Below the pieces are notes generated by a model. The model was not told the DNA's origin. It worked only from the letters and a program-made list of their open reading frames with translations, and searched no databases. Of a stretch of DNA of 64,000 nt, positions 39,035-48,300 are shown in pieces. Origin of the DNA: a virus; the IMG/VR virus record IMGVR_UViG_3300005095_000072, positions 32,001-96,000 of that record. One strand, given 5' to 3'. A program made the position numbers and the translations under genes. Positions within the stretch are counted from its first letter, which is position 1. The number at the start of each line of letters is the position of its first letter.

Positions 39035-40096
39035 ATGAATTATGTATTGTTATCTGTAAGTGCAGTAGTTTTGTTTATAGTATCTGCTACACTTAACATA
39101 AGTGGATACACTCAGCTATTTCCTAAATCTGTTATAGTAGTATCTATAGTCTTAGCAGGGTTGGAGTTAGCTAAATTTACGATTGTAGGTGTAGTATTCA
39201 ACTTAGGAGATTTGGTATCTAAAAAACTAAAAGTCATTTTATCTTTGTTTATTGTAGTTTTGATATTTATATCAACTGTAGGGCATTATGCAGTATTGAC
39301 TTCTTATTATGTAAAGAGTTATCAAAACAAAGATATATTAGTTAAGGATACTAAGTATTTAGATAATCAAATTGTTTATATTAAAGAACAGATAAAAGAT
39401 TTAAAAGCTATATATCAAGACTATCCTAAAGGTCATTCTACAAAAAGATTAATAGCTTATAAGAAAGTTAAACCTGATATAGATAGATTGCAAAAAGAAT
39501 TAAATGAACTTCAAAAACAAAAATATCAAACAATAAAAGAAACTAACAATGAAGATAAAAAGAACACAAATATATTTCAAGCTAGTGCCGATTTGTTAGG
39601 TATCAATGCTAATAAGTTAGCTAGTCTTATAATATTTATCTTATCTTTGATTATAGACCCTATGACTTTATTAATGGTATATACAGCAGGAGCAGTTAAA
39701 AAGAATATAGAAAAAAGAAAAGAGCAACAGAGATTAAAAGAGGAAGAACTTAAACAGAAAGAACTAGAAAATAAACAAATAGAAGAGGATTTACATCTGT
39801 TTAGAAAATTGACAGAAGCAAGAGATTATAATGTCAATAATACAACTATAGATGATATTGTAGAGTTCAACGATGATGAGGTTATAGATTTCTTTCCTCA
39901 TCTTGATACAAAAGAAAAGCAGGAATGGTTTAAGTTAGCTTTAGTGTGGCGAGAGTACGGTTTTATGAATGATAAAGATATATTGACCATAGATTTTGAT
40001 AAGATAAGGGATTTAGATATAGACAATATATATGATAAATATAAGGATATGTATTTAAGTAAATCTAAAGAGATAGAGGAAAAGAAAATTGAGTGA
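39035..40096 (+). CDS. multi-pass membrane protein with coiled coil
   Basis: Three N-terminal hydrophobic helices (AGLELAK), coiled coil, a further TM segment (IIDPM). Confidence 0.7.
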   Translation: MNYVLLSVSAVVLFIVSATLNISGYTQLFPKSVIVVSIVLAGLELAKFTIVGVVFNLGDLVSKKLKVILSLFIVVLIFISTVGHYAVLTSYYVKSYQNKDILVKDTKYLDNQIVYIKEQIKDLKAIYQDYPKGHSTKRLIAYKKVKPDIDRLQKELNELQKQKYQTIKETNNEDKKNTNIFQASADLLGINANKLASLIIFILSLIIDPMTLLMVYTAGAVKKNIEKRKEQQRLKEEELKQKELENKQIEEDLHLFRKLTEARDYNVNNTTIDDIVEFNDDEVIDFFPHLDTKEKQEWFKLALVWREYGFMNDKDILTIDFDKIRDLDIDNIYDKYKDMYLSKSKEIEEKKIE

Positions 40097-40295
40097 AGAT
40101 AACAGAACTGAAGAATTAGATAAAGAAACTATAAAAGAGGTCAAGGTAAATGCTAAGATAGCATCCTTAATCTTGAAATATAAAAGAAGTAAATCTAATC
40201 AATTTAATTTATTGAAAACAACTATAAGTTATATAGAAGGATTGACTGGAGTTACTACAGATAAGTTCAACGATTATAAAAAGGTAGAGGTATAG
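40089..40295 (+). CDS. hypothetical protein
   Basis: 68 aa ORF, TTG start after GAGG. Confidence 0.5.
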   Translation: MSEDNRTEELDKETIKEVKVNAKIASLILKYKRSKSNQFNLLKTTISYIEGLTGVTTDKFNDYKKVEV

Positions 40296-40299
40296 ATAT

Positions 40300-41169
40300 A
40301 TGAGTAAAGGAAGTCCTTTAAGATTTGTAGAAAAAGAAAAGAAGATATCTAAGTCTAAAACAGTAAAAAAGAAAAGACTTGTTAAATCTTCTAAAACTAA
40401 TAAAGCAAAAGAACTTAAGAGGGTTTATATTATAGAACCTGAAAAGAATTGCTGTGTAATCTCTAAATCAGACTTCTTAACTAATTTAATAGTTTCTCAT
40501 ATAGTAGCTATCAATAATTATATAGGGTATGATTTAGAGGCATCTATCTTAGGAAAATATATTGTCATTGATGATGAAGCAGAACCTATAGAAAATACTA
40601 AGCTTGTAGTATCTAAAGTAAGACGAAAAGATAGTAGATTTTTAGAGATTAACTTAGATGAAGATTATATAAAGATATTTGCTTATTTGTTATTAGATGA
40701 ACCTGATAAAAAATTCTTAAGATATTGTGATAAGTATTTTAAGAAGCTAAGACCTGAACTCGTATTCTATTATATGTATGCTATAGTAGAAACAGCTTTT
40801 GATAGTGATGGAGAGTTCAACATTATTCAAGCTGATTTAGTTAGAGAAACTTATAACTATAAAGGAGAACATACATATTTAGAGAAGTTCAGAACTGTAG
40901 TCAATTTTGTTAAGAGTCCTAGTGAGAAGACTTTACATAAATTGTTATTGATTGTAGATGGTAAAGATGAGAATTATCGAGGTATTGTAAGGATTATTGA
41001 TAATATAGCAAATAAGAGCTATCCTAGTTATATAGAGAGTAAATTTAAAGATGTCTTAGAAGGTGTTAGCTTTCAAAAGAATTTACTAAAGATATTGGTT
41101 AATATGTTACAAGCTGATTCAAAAGAGGATTTTATCTTAATGTGTCTTAAGAATATAGTTTATATATAA
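40300..41169 (+). CDS. hypothetical protein
   Basis: 289 aa ORF with basic N-terminal tail. Confidence 0.65.
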   Translation: MSKGSPLRFVEKEKKISKSKTVKKKRLVKSSKTNKAKELKRVYIIEPEKNCCVISKSDFLTNLIVSHIVAINNYIGYDLEASILGKYIVIDDEAEPIENTKLVVSKVRRKDSRFLEINLDEDYIKIFAYLLLDEPDKKFLRYCDKYFKKLRPELVFYYMYAIVETAFDSDGEFNIIQADLVRETYNYKGEHTYLEKFRTVVNFVKSPSEKTLHKLLLIVDGKDENYRGIVRIIDNIANKSYPSYIESKFKDVLEGVSFQKNLLKILVNMLQADSKEDFILMCLKNIVYI

Positions 41170-41192
41170 TGGTAAGAAAATAATTATTTTTC

Positions 41193-41226
41193 ATTTAAGC
41201 TAGTTTTAAGTTTATTATGATATAAT
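41193..41226 (+). promoter_or_regulatory. host sigma70-type early promoter
   Basis: ATTTAAGCTAGTTTTAAG-5nt-TATGATATAAT; near-identical to 33910. Confidence 0.75.
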
Positions 41227-41287
41227 TATAATAGAAGTTGAGATAAAAGCTCATCTTCAAATTCTATAAATTTTAAGGAGAAAAGTT

Positions 41288-41506
41288 ATGAATAAAATTG
41301 AAGCATATAAAAGCTTAGTTAGAGATGATGGAAATGTAGGTAAAGCTGTTATGTCTGTATCTGATTTAATAGAAGCATTAGAGAGGATAGAGGATAAAGA
41401 TAGTATTCCTGTATCAATTATAGATACAGAAGGTGAAGCATGGTTTATAGATAAAATTCTTTTTCAAGATGAAGATGGAGAAAAGTATCTATATTTTAAG
41501 CCTTAA
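41288..41506 (+). CDS. hypothetical protein (probably early)
   Basis: AAGGAG SD behind the sigma70-type promoter; palindrome ccttaagaga-tta-tctcttaagg at its stop. Confidence 0.65.
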   Translation: MNKIEAYKSLVRDDGNVGKAVMSVSDLIEALERIEDKDSIPVSIIDTEGEAWFIDKILFQDEDGEKYLYFKP

Positions 41507-41555
41507 GAGATTATCTCTTAAGGTCATTTTATAAAATTCTAAAAGGATAAAAAAG

Positions 41556-41978
41556 ATGTTAGTATTAAATAATAGAATAAAAGCAAGAAGAGATTTTTTA
41601 AAGGATTGGTATAAATCAAAGAACGGAAATAAAGATATAAAAATTATTAACGATAATAATTTTTTTACAATAAAAGATGGCAATGAGGAAAGAAATTTTG
41701 TCGTATTGTTTGAGGTAGAGTTGGAGATACAGGCTAAAGATGTATTTAAGCAAAATTTTTATGATTATTATTTAGAAAAAATGAAAAGCAGTTTAAGTGA
41801 AGATTCTTTTAAATATATCTCTGAAAATATGCTAAAGAGTGTTGAAGAAGCTTTTAAAAGCTCAAATTACCTTGATACCTATAAAAAGAGCTTTAATATA
41901 TATCAAGTTGAAGGTTATAATAAATATTTTAATGAAAATTATATGCTCAATATATTTATAAAAGAGATAGAGGAATAA
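41556..41978 (+). CDS. hypothetical protein
   Basis: 140 aa ORF with AAGGA SD. Confidence 0.6.
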   Translation: MLVLNNRIKARRDFLKDWYKSKNGNKDIKIINDNNFFTIKDGNEERNFVVLFEVELEIQAKDVFKQNFYDYYLEKMKSSLSEDSFKYISENMLKSVEEAFKSSNYLDTYKKSFNIYQVEGYNKYFNENYMLNIFIKEIEE

Positions 41979-42063
41979 TATATCCTTTATCTTTAAATTA
42001 TTCGCCGTAAAGTTGTAGAACTTTGTATATATAAAATAATCAAATTTAATAAAAAGGAAAAAT

Positions 42064-42720
42064 ATGAAAAAGTTAGAAGTTAGCACGGATAAAGTTAATT
42101 ATTATGCTTTAGAAGAAGAGGATATAAAAAAGTTGTTTAAAATAGAAGCACAAGAGCAAGTGCTATCTATTTTAAAAGGTAAGTATGGGTTTAACCATAT
42201 TTTAGGAATAGAATCTAAAGACCCAATCTCTGTTATAGAGATATTAAAAGCTATGACAGGTATAATCCATACAGATTGTTTGCTATTTCCTGATGAAGAG
42301 GTAGAAACAGATTTTGAAGAGGGTGATATAACTTATATTGCACAAGTAACAAAAGAGTATCAATTTGACTTAGAGTATATATTTAGTGCAGATAAAGATA
42401 TTGCTAAAGAGTTCAACATACCTGAAGAGACTCCATTAGTGGTAGATACTAACTATGGCTTTAATCCTCTTATGAGATTTAAAGTAGATGGTAAAGTAGT
42501 AACTGAAGACTATTTACTAGCTATGGGTTATGCAGATAAAGAACTTATAAAGTCTTATAGAGAGTATGCATCTGCTTTTGTTAAGGTCTTAAGAGGTTAT
42601 TTCATGGGTAAAGGTTATAAGCTTATAAAAGGAACTGTAAAGTTAGGTGTAGATGTTGGAAATAGGCTTAGACTAGTGCAAGGTTTCTATCCTCATCAAT
42701 ACTATGTAATATCTTTATAG
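42064..42720 (+). CDS. degenerate SAICAR synthetase (PurC)-fold protein
   Basis: Colinear resemblance to PurC (IAKEFNIPEETPL, VTEDYLLAMGY, VLRGYFMGKGYKLI..KLG..LRL..FYP) with catalytic motifs replaced. Confidence 0.6.
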   Translation: MKKLEVSTDKVNYYALEEEDIKKLFKIEAQEQVLSILKGKYGFNHILGIESKDPISVIEILKAMTGIIHTDCLLFPDEEVETDFEEGDITYIAQVTKEYQFDLEYIFSADKDIAKEFNIPEETPLVVDTNYGFNPLMRFKVDGKVVTEDYLLAMGYADKELIKSYREYASAFVKVLRGYFMGKGYKLIKGTVKLGVDVGNRLRLVQGFYPHQYYVISL

Positions 42721-42743
42721 ATTATTAAGTAGGAAAGGCAAAG

Positions 42744-43952
42744 ATGAGTTTATTTACGAAATACAGACCTAATAGTTGGGAAGATGTTAAAGGGCAAGAC
42801 CATATAATATCTATCTTAAAGGGTATTCTTAAGAGAGGAACATACAAGGAGATGAACTCATTAGTGCTTGGAGGGGGAGCAGGTAGTGGTAAAACAACTA
42901 TAAGTCGCTTGTTTGCTAAAGCTGTGAATTGTTTAGATAAAAATAACAAACCTTGTAACAAATGTAAGCACTGTCAAATGTTTAATGCAGGTGAATATCC
43001 TGACTATATAGAAGAAGATGGTGCTACATACAATAAAAAAGAAGATATACAACAATTAAAAGATTTAGCAAATATGTATGCTAATGTGCCTAATGGACTT
43101 CGTATCATTTACATTGATGAAGCTCATGCACTTTCTAATCAAGCTTGGGATATATTGTTAAAGTTATTAGAAGAAGGAGAAACAAGAACTATATGGATAT
43201 TTGCTACTACAGAACCTGAAAAGATTAGACCTGCAATTATAAGTCGTTCTATGGTATTTTCTGTTAGACCTTTAGGGGTAGAAGATATTAAAGAAGAACT
43301 TATAAATATTTGTAAAAAAGAAAAAATAAAATACGACAATCAGTCTATAACTAAGATAGCAACAATGTATTCAGGGAAAACTAGAGACGCTATAAAAACT
43401 TTAGATATGTATTATAAGTCTAAAGGTGATATTGTAGATATTGAGTTATCTTCAAGTGAAGAAGATATGCTTGATATTCTTAAGTTAGCTTATTTTAACA
43501 AAATTGATGAAGCATATAAATTATTAGAGAAGATGATAGTTATTAAGAACAGTGATTATCAAAGAATACTATCTAATGTTTTGATGAGTGCTTACTCTTT
43601 TGGCAAGTTCGATATATCCTTTAGTATAGACAGTAAAAGATTGGATAAATTTAAAGAAGTAGTTCAAAATGATATAAAGAATCTAATTAATTTATATCTA
43701 CAAAATAAGCCTAACTCTTTAGAAGATATGAAATTATATTTGTTGTTAGTATCTGAGTTAGGTATTGGTTTATCTAATAAAGCAGATGGAGAAGAAAATT
43801 CTAAAACTGTTAAAAGGAAGTTTGTACCCAATGTAGATAAACATTTAGGAGTTGATAACAAATATAAAGAGAAGTTACAACCTAAAAAAGTTATAAGAGT
43901 AACAGAAAAAGAGAGGAAAATAAATAAGTTTAAAGAACTTGGTTTTAGTTAG
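42744..43952 (+). CDS. dnaX: DNA polymerase III gamma/tau-like clamp loader ATPase
   Basis: KYRP..DVKGQ, GGAGSGKTT, C..PCNKCKHC, IDEAH, LLKLLEE, ATTEPEKI..ISRS. Confidence 0.92.
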   Translation: MSLFTKYRPNSWEDVKGQDHIISILKGILKRGTYKEMNSLVLGGGAGSGKTTISRLFAKAVNCLDKNNKPCNKCKHCQMFNAGEYPDYIEEDGATYNKKEDIQQLKDLANMYANVPNGLRIIYIDEAHALSNQAWDILLKLLEEGETRTIWIFATTEPEKIRPAIISRSMVFSVRPLGVEDIKEELINICKKEKIKYDNQSITKIATMYSGKTRDAIKTLDMYYKSKGDIVDIELSSSEEDMLDILKLAYFNKIDEAYKLLEKMIVIKNSDYQRILSNVLMSAYSFGKFDISFSIDSKRLDKFKEVVQNDIKNLINLYLQNKPNSLEDMKLYLLLVSELGIGLSNKADGEENSKTVKRKFVPNVDKHLGVDNKYKEKLQPKKVIRVTEKERKINKFKELGFS

Positions 43953-44043
43953 TTAAGACTGTATAGTTAAATATGTATATATGTAAAATATTAAATTTGT
44001 GGGCTGTTTGGGTGGGTAAAGAATTTTGAAAAAGGAGAGTGTT

Positions 44044-44514
44044 ATGCCAAAGAAAAAAGCAAAAGACACTAAGAAAGTAGAACAAGAGGTGGCTGATTAT
44101 ACAGCTAAAAATCAAGAGGTTATAGAAGCTGAGAGTGGTAAGTCTGCAAATGATATATTTTATAGAAGACTTGCTAAGAGGTTAGGAGTTCCTATTAAGG
44201 ATAGAAAAACTCTTGAAGATGTTATGCTTACAATAGCTTTAACAGTTCAAGAGACAGTAGCTATTAAAGGCTCATTTACAATGCCAGGACTATGCACAGT
44301 AAAAGCTACAGAAGTTGGAGAAAGAGAGGGAACAATACAATTCGGACCTAAAAAAGGTGAGAAGTATGTTACTCCTGCACATATTGCTCCTAAGTTTGTT
44401 AAACCTGATGGCTCTTTTAAAGATTTATTAAATGGAAAAGAGGAGCTATTAGCAGAGGATGAAGTTGTTACACTTGAGGATGAAGAGTCTGATGTAGAAG
44501 AGACTGAAGAGTAG
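44044..44514 (+). CDS. HU/IHF-family DNA-binding protein
   Basis: FTMPGLCTVKATEVGEREG...GEKYVTPAHIAPKF; start at ATG 44044. Confidence 0.75.
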   Translation: MPKKKAKDTKKVEQEVADYTAKNQEVIEAESGKSANDIFYRRLAKRLGVPIKDRKTLEDVMLTIALTVQETVAIKGSFTMPGLCTVKATEVGEREGTIQFGPKKGEKYVTPAHIAPKFVKPDGSFKDLLNGKEELLAEDEVVTLEDEESDVEETEE

Positions 44515-44523
44515 GAAAAGCTA

Positions 44524-45642
44524 ATGCAATATAAGGTACTTTTATCTTCACAACCTTTTACTTATGAGGTTTATCAAGAGTTAGAAAAAAGAGGGTTAAA
44601 AGTACCTTATGACCCTAAAGTTCAAGATATAAATATATATGCTTATCTCCCTTTATCATTAGAGGGGGAGATAAGCAGTATATTAAAAAGATTTAACTTA
44701 CAAGACCTTAATTGGTTGGTAAATGAATATGAAGTAAATAAGAACTTAAAAAAAGTTGAGATAGTAAATACACCTAAAATAAATGATTATGTATATTTAC
44801 TGTCTGAATTTAAAGAGTTACCCTTTCAAGTAATAGATATAAAAAACGATGTAGCAACTATAAAAGCTATAATGAAAAATATAGATATTGTTGTTGAAGA
44901 ACCTTTAGATAATTTAGTCTTAGTAGATTATGAAAAAGTAAAAGAAAAAATATACACTTCAAACAAGTTACCTGAAAATTTAAGTAATTCTATTTATATA
45001 GATTGTGATAGCATCGAAAACGATATAAGATATTTATTTAGCTTGATATTAAGATTAAAGTTACAATATCAAGATTATGAAATCGTATTGTTAAATCCTT
45101 TACCTAGTTTTAACTCTTTAATAAATGAACTGAAATTAGCTTGTATATATGGTGATATTAGGTTTGTTGCTAAAAATATAAACTATAAAGATTATATTTA
45201 TTCTAACAACTTAAATTTATATATGTTTAAAGAGGATTTAGTGTTATTATATGAGGTCGTAGAAGGAGAGATATATCAGTATATAGAGGAGATAACTTAT
45301 AACACTTTAGGATTTAGTAGCTTTGATAGTTATCTATATTTTCAAGTTATTAAAAATCTGTATCATAGTGATATTATAGATAAAGATATAGATTTTAACA
45401 TACTAAAAGTTAAGCTAAATCAAGATATAAATTTAGTTAAAATGCTTTTTATCAAATATTGGAAAGATATTGAGAATAAATACAATCTATTAAGAGATAA
45501 TATAAAAGTAGAAGAACCTTATCACATTATAGAATCAAGTAATGAAATAAACTACAATTCTTTAATAAATCTCTTAGAAAATCATAAACTACATAAATAT
45601 ATAGATAATATTGAATATTTTGTATATATGATAAAGTCATAG
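44524..45642 (+). CDS. NusG-like (NGN/KOW) N-terminus fused to a possible degenerate 5'-nuclease domain
   Basis: KOW-like PKINDYVYLLSEFKELPFQVIDI; then IYIDCDS and C-terminal INYNSLINLLE. Confidence 0.45.
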   Translation: MQYKVLLSSQPFTYEVYQELEKRGLKVPYDPKVQDINIYAYLPLSLEGEISSILKRFNLQDLNWLVNEYEVNKNLKKVEIVNTPKINDYVYLLSEFKELPFQVIDIKNDVATIKAIMKNIDIVVEEPLDNLVLVDYEKVKEKIYTSNKLPENLSNSIYIDCDSIENDIRYLFSLILRLKLQYQDYEIVLLNPLPSFNSLINELKLACIYGDIRFVAKNINYKDYIYSNNLNLYMFKEDLVLLYEVVEGEIYQYIEEITYNTLGFSSFDSYLYFQVIKNLYHSDIIDKDIDFNILKVKLNQDINLVKMLFIKYWKDIENKYNLLRDNIKVEEPYHIIESSNEINYNSLINLLENHKLHKYIDNIEYFVYMIKS

Positions 45643-45652
45643 GAGATAAAGA

Positions 45653-46336
45653 ATGGAAGTGAATAATAACTATTGGGATTATATATCAACTTTAGACACT
45701 AGAGAGAGTGAAGAAGATATAAGGGAACTTATAAAAGAGAACTTTCAATTTTTAAAACCTTATCTCAATGAACTGTTTTATGTAGAAGCAAATTATATTT
45801 ATCTGAATTATGTGTTTGATATACCTCAAGCTAAGATAGCAGAACTGTTTGGAGTTAGTCAGTATGGGGTGTCTAAAAGGATTAAGTCAGCTTTAGAGAA
45901 GATAAATAATTTATTTAAAAGACCTGAAAATAATAGAAACATAGTTAGACAAGATTTTAAAAATTTATTACCTAATTATCTTGTTGAAATAGCAGTTATA
46001 TATTATTTTATGAAAACTTTTAGTATAACAAGTGAGATAACAGGGTTTACTTATGGTAATCTTAGAAATAAATTATATGATGTTATAAACTTATTAGATA
46101 AATACTCTAAAGTTAAAACACATCAAGAGTTTGTTAAGCTTTATAAAAGAACTAAAAAAGAAAAGAACCAAAATATATATTATATGAACTCTTTGAAAGA
46201 TAAATCTATATTTGAGTTAGAGGTTACAAAAGCAAAAAGATATTATGATTATCTTAATAAGTTAATAAAGTCGAGTAACTATGGTGATTATACTTTCAAA
46301 AGAGATGATAAAAAGAGATTAGAAAGACTTAAATGA
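45653..46336 (+). CDS. sigma70 region-4-like HTH transcription factor
   Basis: IPQAKIAELFGVSQYGVSKRIKSALEKI plus a second HTH-like unit. Confidence 0.7.
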   Translation: MEVNNNYWDYISTLDTRESEEDIRELIKENFQFLKPYLNELFYVEANYIYLNYVFDIPQAKIAELFGVSQYGVSKRIKSALEKINNLFKRPENNRNIVRQDFKNLLPNYLVEIAVIYYFMKTFSITSEITGFTYGNLRNKLYDVINLLDKYSKVKTHQEFVKLYKRTKKEKNQNIYYMNSLKDKSIFELEVTKAKRYYDYLNKLIKSSNYGDYTFKRDDKKRLERLK

Positions 46337-47004
46337 AAAAAGAAACTTTGCTAGATGTTTATAATACAAAGAACTTAGATATAGCTAACGGATCTTTATC
46401 TTCTTTAGTAGAATATCTTATAAGCAATCCTGATTTAGATTATAAAACTGTTTATATAGATTTATGGAGTGATGATACAACTATAAAATCTATTTTTGGT
46501 GGTATTAAAGAGTGCAATCATAAGTATATAAACGAAGATAACAATTTATGTAAGTGTGGAGCTTGGGTAGGAAATATTGGAGAAGAACAAGATGTTTGTT
46601 TATATTATAAACATTTGTTTAATTTATATAATAATATTGATGTAGATGAAATCTTTATACGGTTAGATAGATATTACCCTATTGATTTTAATTTCTCTCT
46701 ATTTGGTTTAGAGGTCAAAAAGCTATATAGGTATGCTAAGATATATGTTATATATAATAATGCTCTTAGATTCAATTCTCGTAATGATATAGCTAATAAA
46801 TGTAATTACTTTTTTCTGTTACATTTATCTAAGAAGAAAAAATATCTATGGAAAAATGAAATACTGTTAAATAAGAGTTTTAATCCAATTTATCTGTTTA
46901 AAGGAAAGACATTATTTGTTAATCCTTATTATGATGATATTAGTCTGCATAACATTGACTATTACATTTGTAATACTGATGTTTTAAAATATCTTCATAA
47001 ATAA
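46333..47004 (+). CDS. hypothetical protein
   Basis: 223 aa ORF with CNH...CKCG. Confidence 0.6.
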   Translation: MKKETLLDVYNTKNLDIANGSLSSLVEYLISNPDLDYKTVYIDLWSDDTTIKSIFGGIKECNHKYINEDNNLCKCGAWVGNIGEEQDVCLYYKHLFNLYNNIDVDEIFIRLDRYYPIDFNFSLFGLEVKKLYRYAKIYVIYNNALRFNSRNDIANKCNYFFLLHLSKKKKYLWKNEILLNKSFNPIYLFKGKTLFVNPYYDDISLHNIDYYICNTDVLKYLHK

Positions 47005-47023
47005 AATAGATAAAGGAATTAAA

Positions 47024-47410
47024 ATGAAAGCTAATATAAAAGGCTTAGATAGGGTTATGTGTGATGAACCTATGACTTCAGTAGCTTGTAAAAGCTCTGT
47101 AGATGGTTTTTTTAAATGTGAAACAACTAAAAGTATGGGAGCAAAAGCATCTAGCTGCACTTTATGTCTTACTAAGATAAAGTCATTAGGAGGACAGGTC
47201 AATTCAATAGGAGATAAAGGTTATAAGATTAAAGGACTTGGGAGATTATCTGTAGTAGCTTTTACTAATCTATTGAAACAAAACAATGATATAGATGTTA
47301 GATACCCTGATGGTATTGATAATAATGAAATGATAGAGAAGACTAAAGAACCTTTATGGAATGTATCTAAAGATATAAATGGTGATTTTGTTCTTCAAAG
47401 AAATTTTTAA
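47024..47410 (+). CDS. hypothetical protein, possibly virion-associated
   Basis: Start of the packaging/head module; Cys-rich N-terminal half. Confidence 0.6.
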   Translation: MKANIKGLDRVMCDEPMTSVACKSSVDGFFKCETTKSMGAKASSCTLCLTKIKSLGGQVNSIGDKGYKIKGLGRLSVVAFTNLLKQNNDIDVRYPDGIDNNEMIEKTKEPLWNVSKDINGDFVLQRNF

Positions 47411-47424
47411 AGTAAGGGGTTATT

Positions 47425-48252
47425 ATGGGAGTTATGGATAGACTTATGAAACAAGATACAACTTCTATGAGAGTAGAAGATAAGATATCACTCAAACAAA
47501 GAGATTATGGAAGAGTTAGTGTCGCTAGAAATGAAATATTAGCTAAAGAACAAAATATGAAAACAACTGCAAGTCAAGAAGTAGTATATAAATCTCTATT
47601 TGATATTATGGATGATACTTTGTCTTTATTTGATAGTAGAGATAGACAGTCAATAAATGTATTGAGAGCTTTAAGTGCAAATATAGATGATGAACATAAC
47701 ATAACTTCTTTAGCTAGTTTATTTCAAAAGAAAAATGGATATAGCTTTGATGTTAAAAGTGAAATAGCAAAAAGAGGACTTTATAGTTCATTTTTAAATA
47801 TGTTAGCAGATGGAAAGCTAGTTACAAAAGAGATAAGAGATGTTATACCTAGTAGCATAAAGATAGCTATTGTTAAAAGAAAAGACTATAATAGCACTGA
47901 TTTATTAAATAGAAATGGTGTTACTTTTTTAGGAACTTTACCTGCTGTAAAAGTAGATGATTTTTCAGAAGATAGCATAAATTACATAGGAGATAAGCTA
48001 AAGATTGTTAATGGTAAAAACCTATGGAACTTTATGAACTCTCAAAGAAAAACATATTTAACAGAAACTAAAAAAGATATGATAGAGGATACACTTTTAC
48101 AAAATGCAGATGCAAAGACATTAGCAGATATTGTATATAGAAAGTTCAGAAATGACATAGACAGTGGTCTTAACTTTCTAAGGAACCATAACATACCAAC
48201 TCAAAAGATAAAAAAGGTATCTATGTTGCTAAAGGTATATCAAGATTATTAA
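47425..48252 (+). CDS. hypothetical protein, possibly virion-associated
   Basis: Contains a KTTASQ motif like those in the scaffold. Confidence 0.6.
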   Translation: MGVMDRLMKQDTTSMRVEDKISLKQRDYGRVSVARNEILAKEQNMKTTASQEVVYKSLFDIMDDTLSLFDSRDRQSINVLRALSANIDDEHNITSLASLFQKKNGYSFDVKSEIAKRGLYSSFLNMLADGKLVTKEIRDVIPSSIKIAIVKRKDYNSTDLLNRNGVTFLGTLPAVKVDDFSEDSINYIGDKLKIVNGKNLWNFMNSQRKTYLTETKKDMIEDTLLQNADAKTLADIVYRKFRNDIDSGLNFLRNHNIPTQKIKKVSMLLKVYQDY

Positions 48253-48300
48253 AAATGAATACAACTATATGGGTAAGTAGTTGTAACAAAAGGAAATAAG

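Noticed and set aside
29320-40326. Shared peptide SPLRF in 29205 and 40300, and FNIEEK in the MTase and NrdA inserts
   Set aside because: Short matches at non-equivalent positions; chance cannot be excluded.
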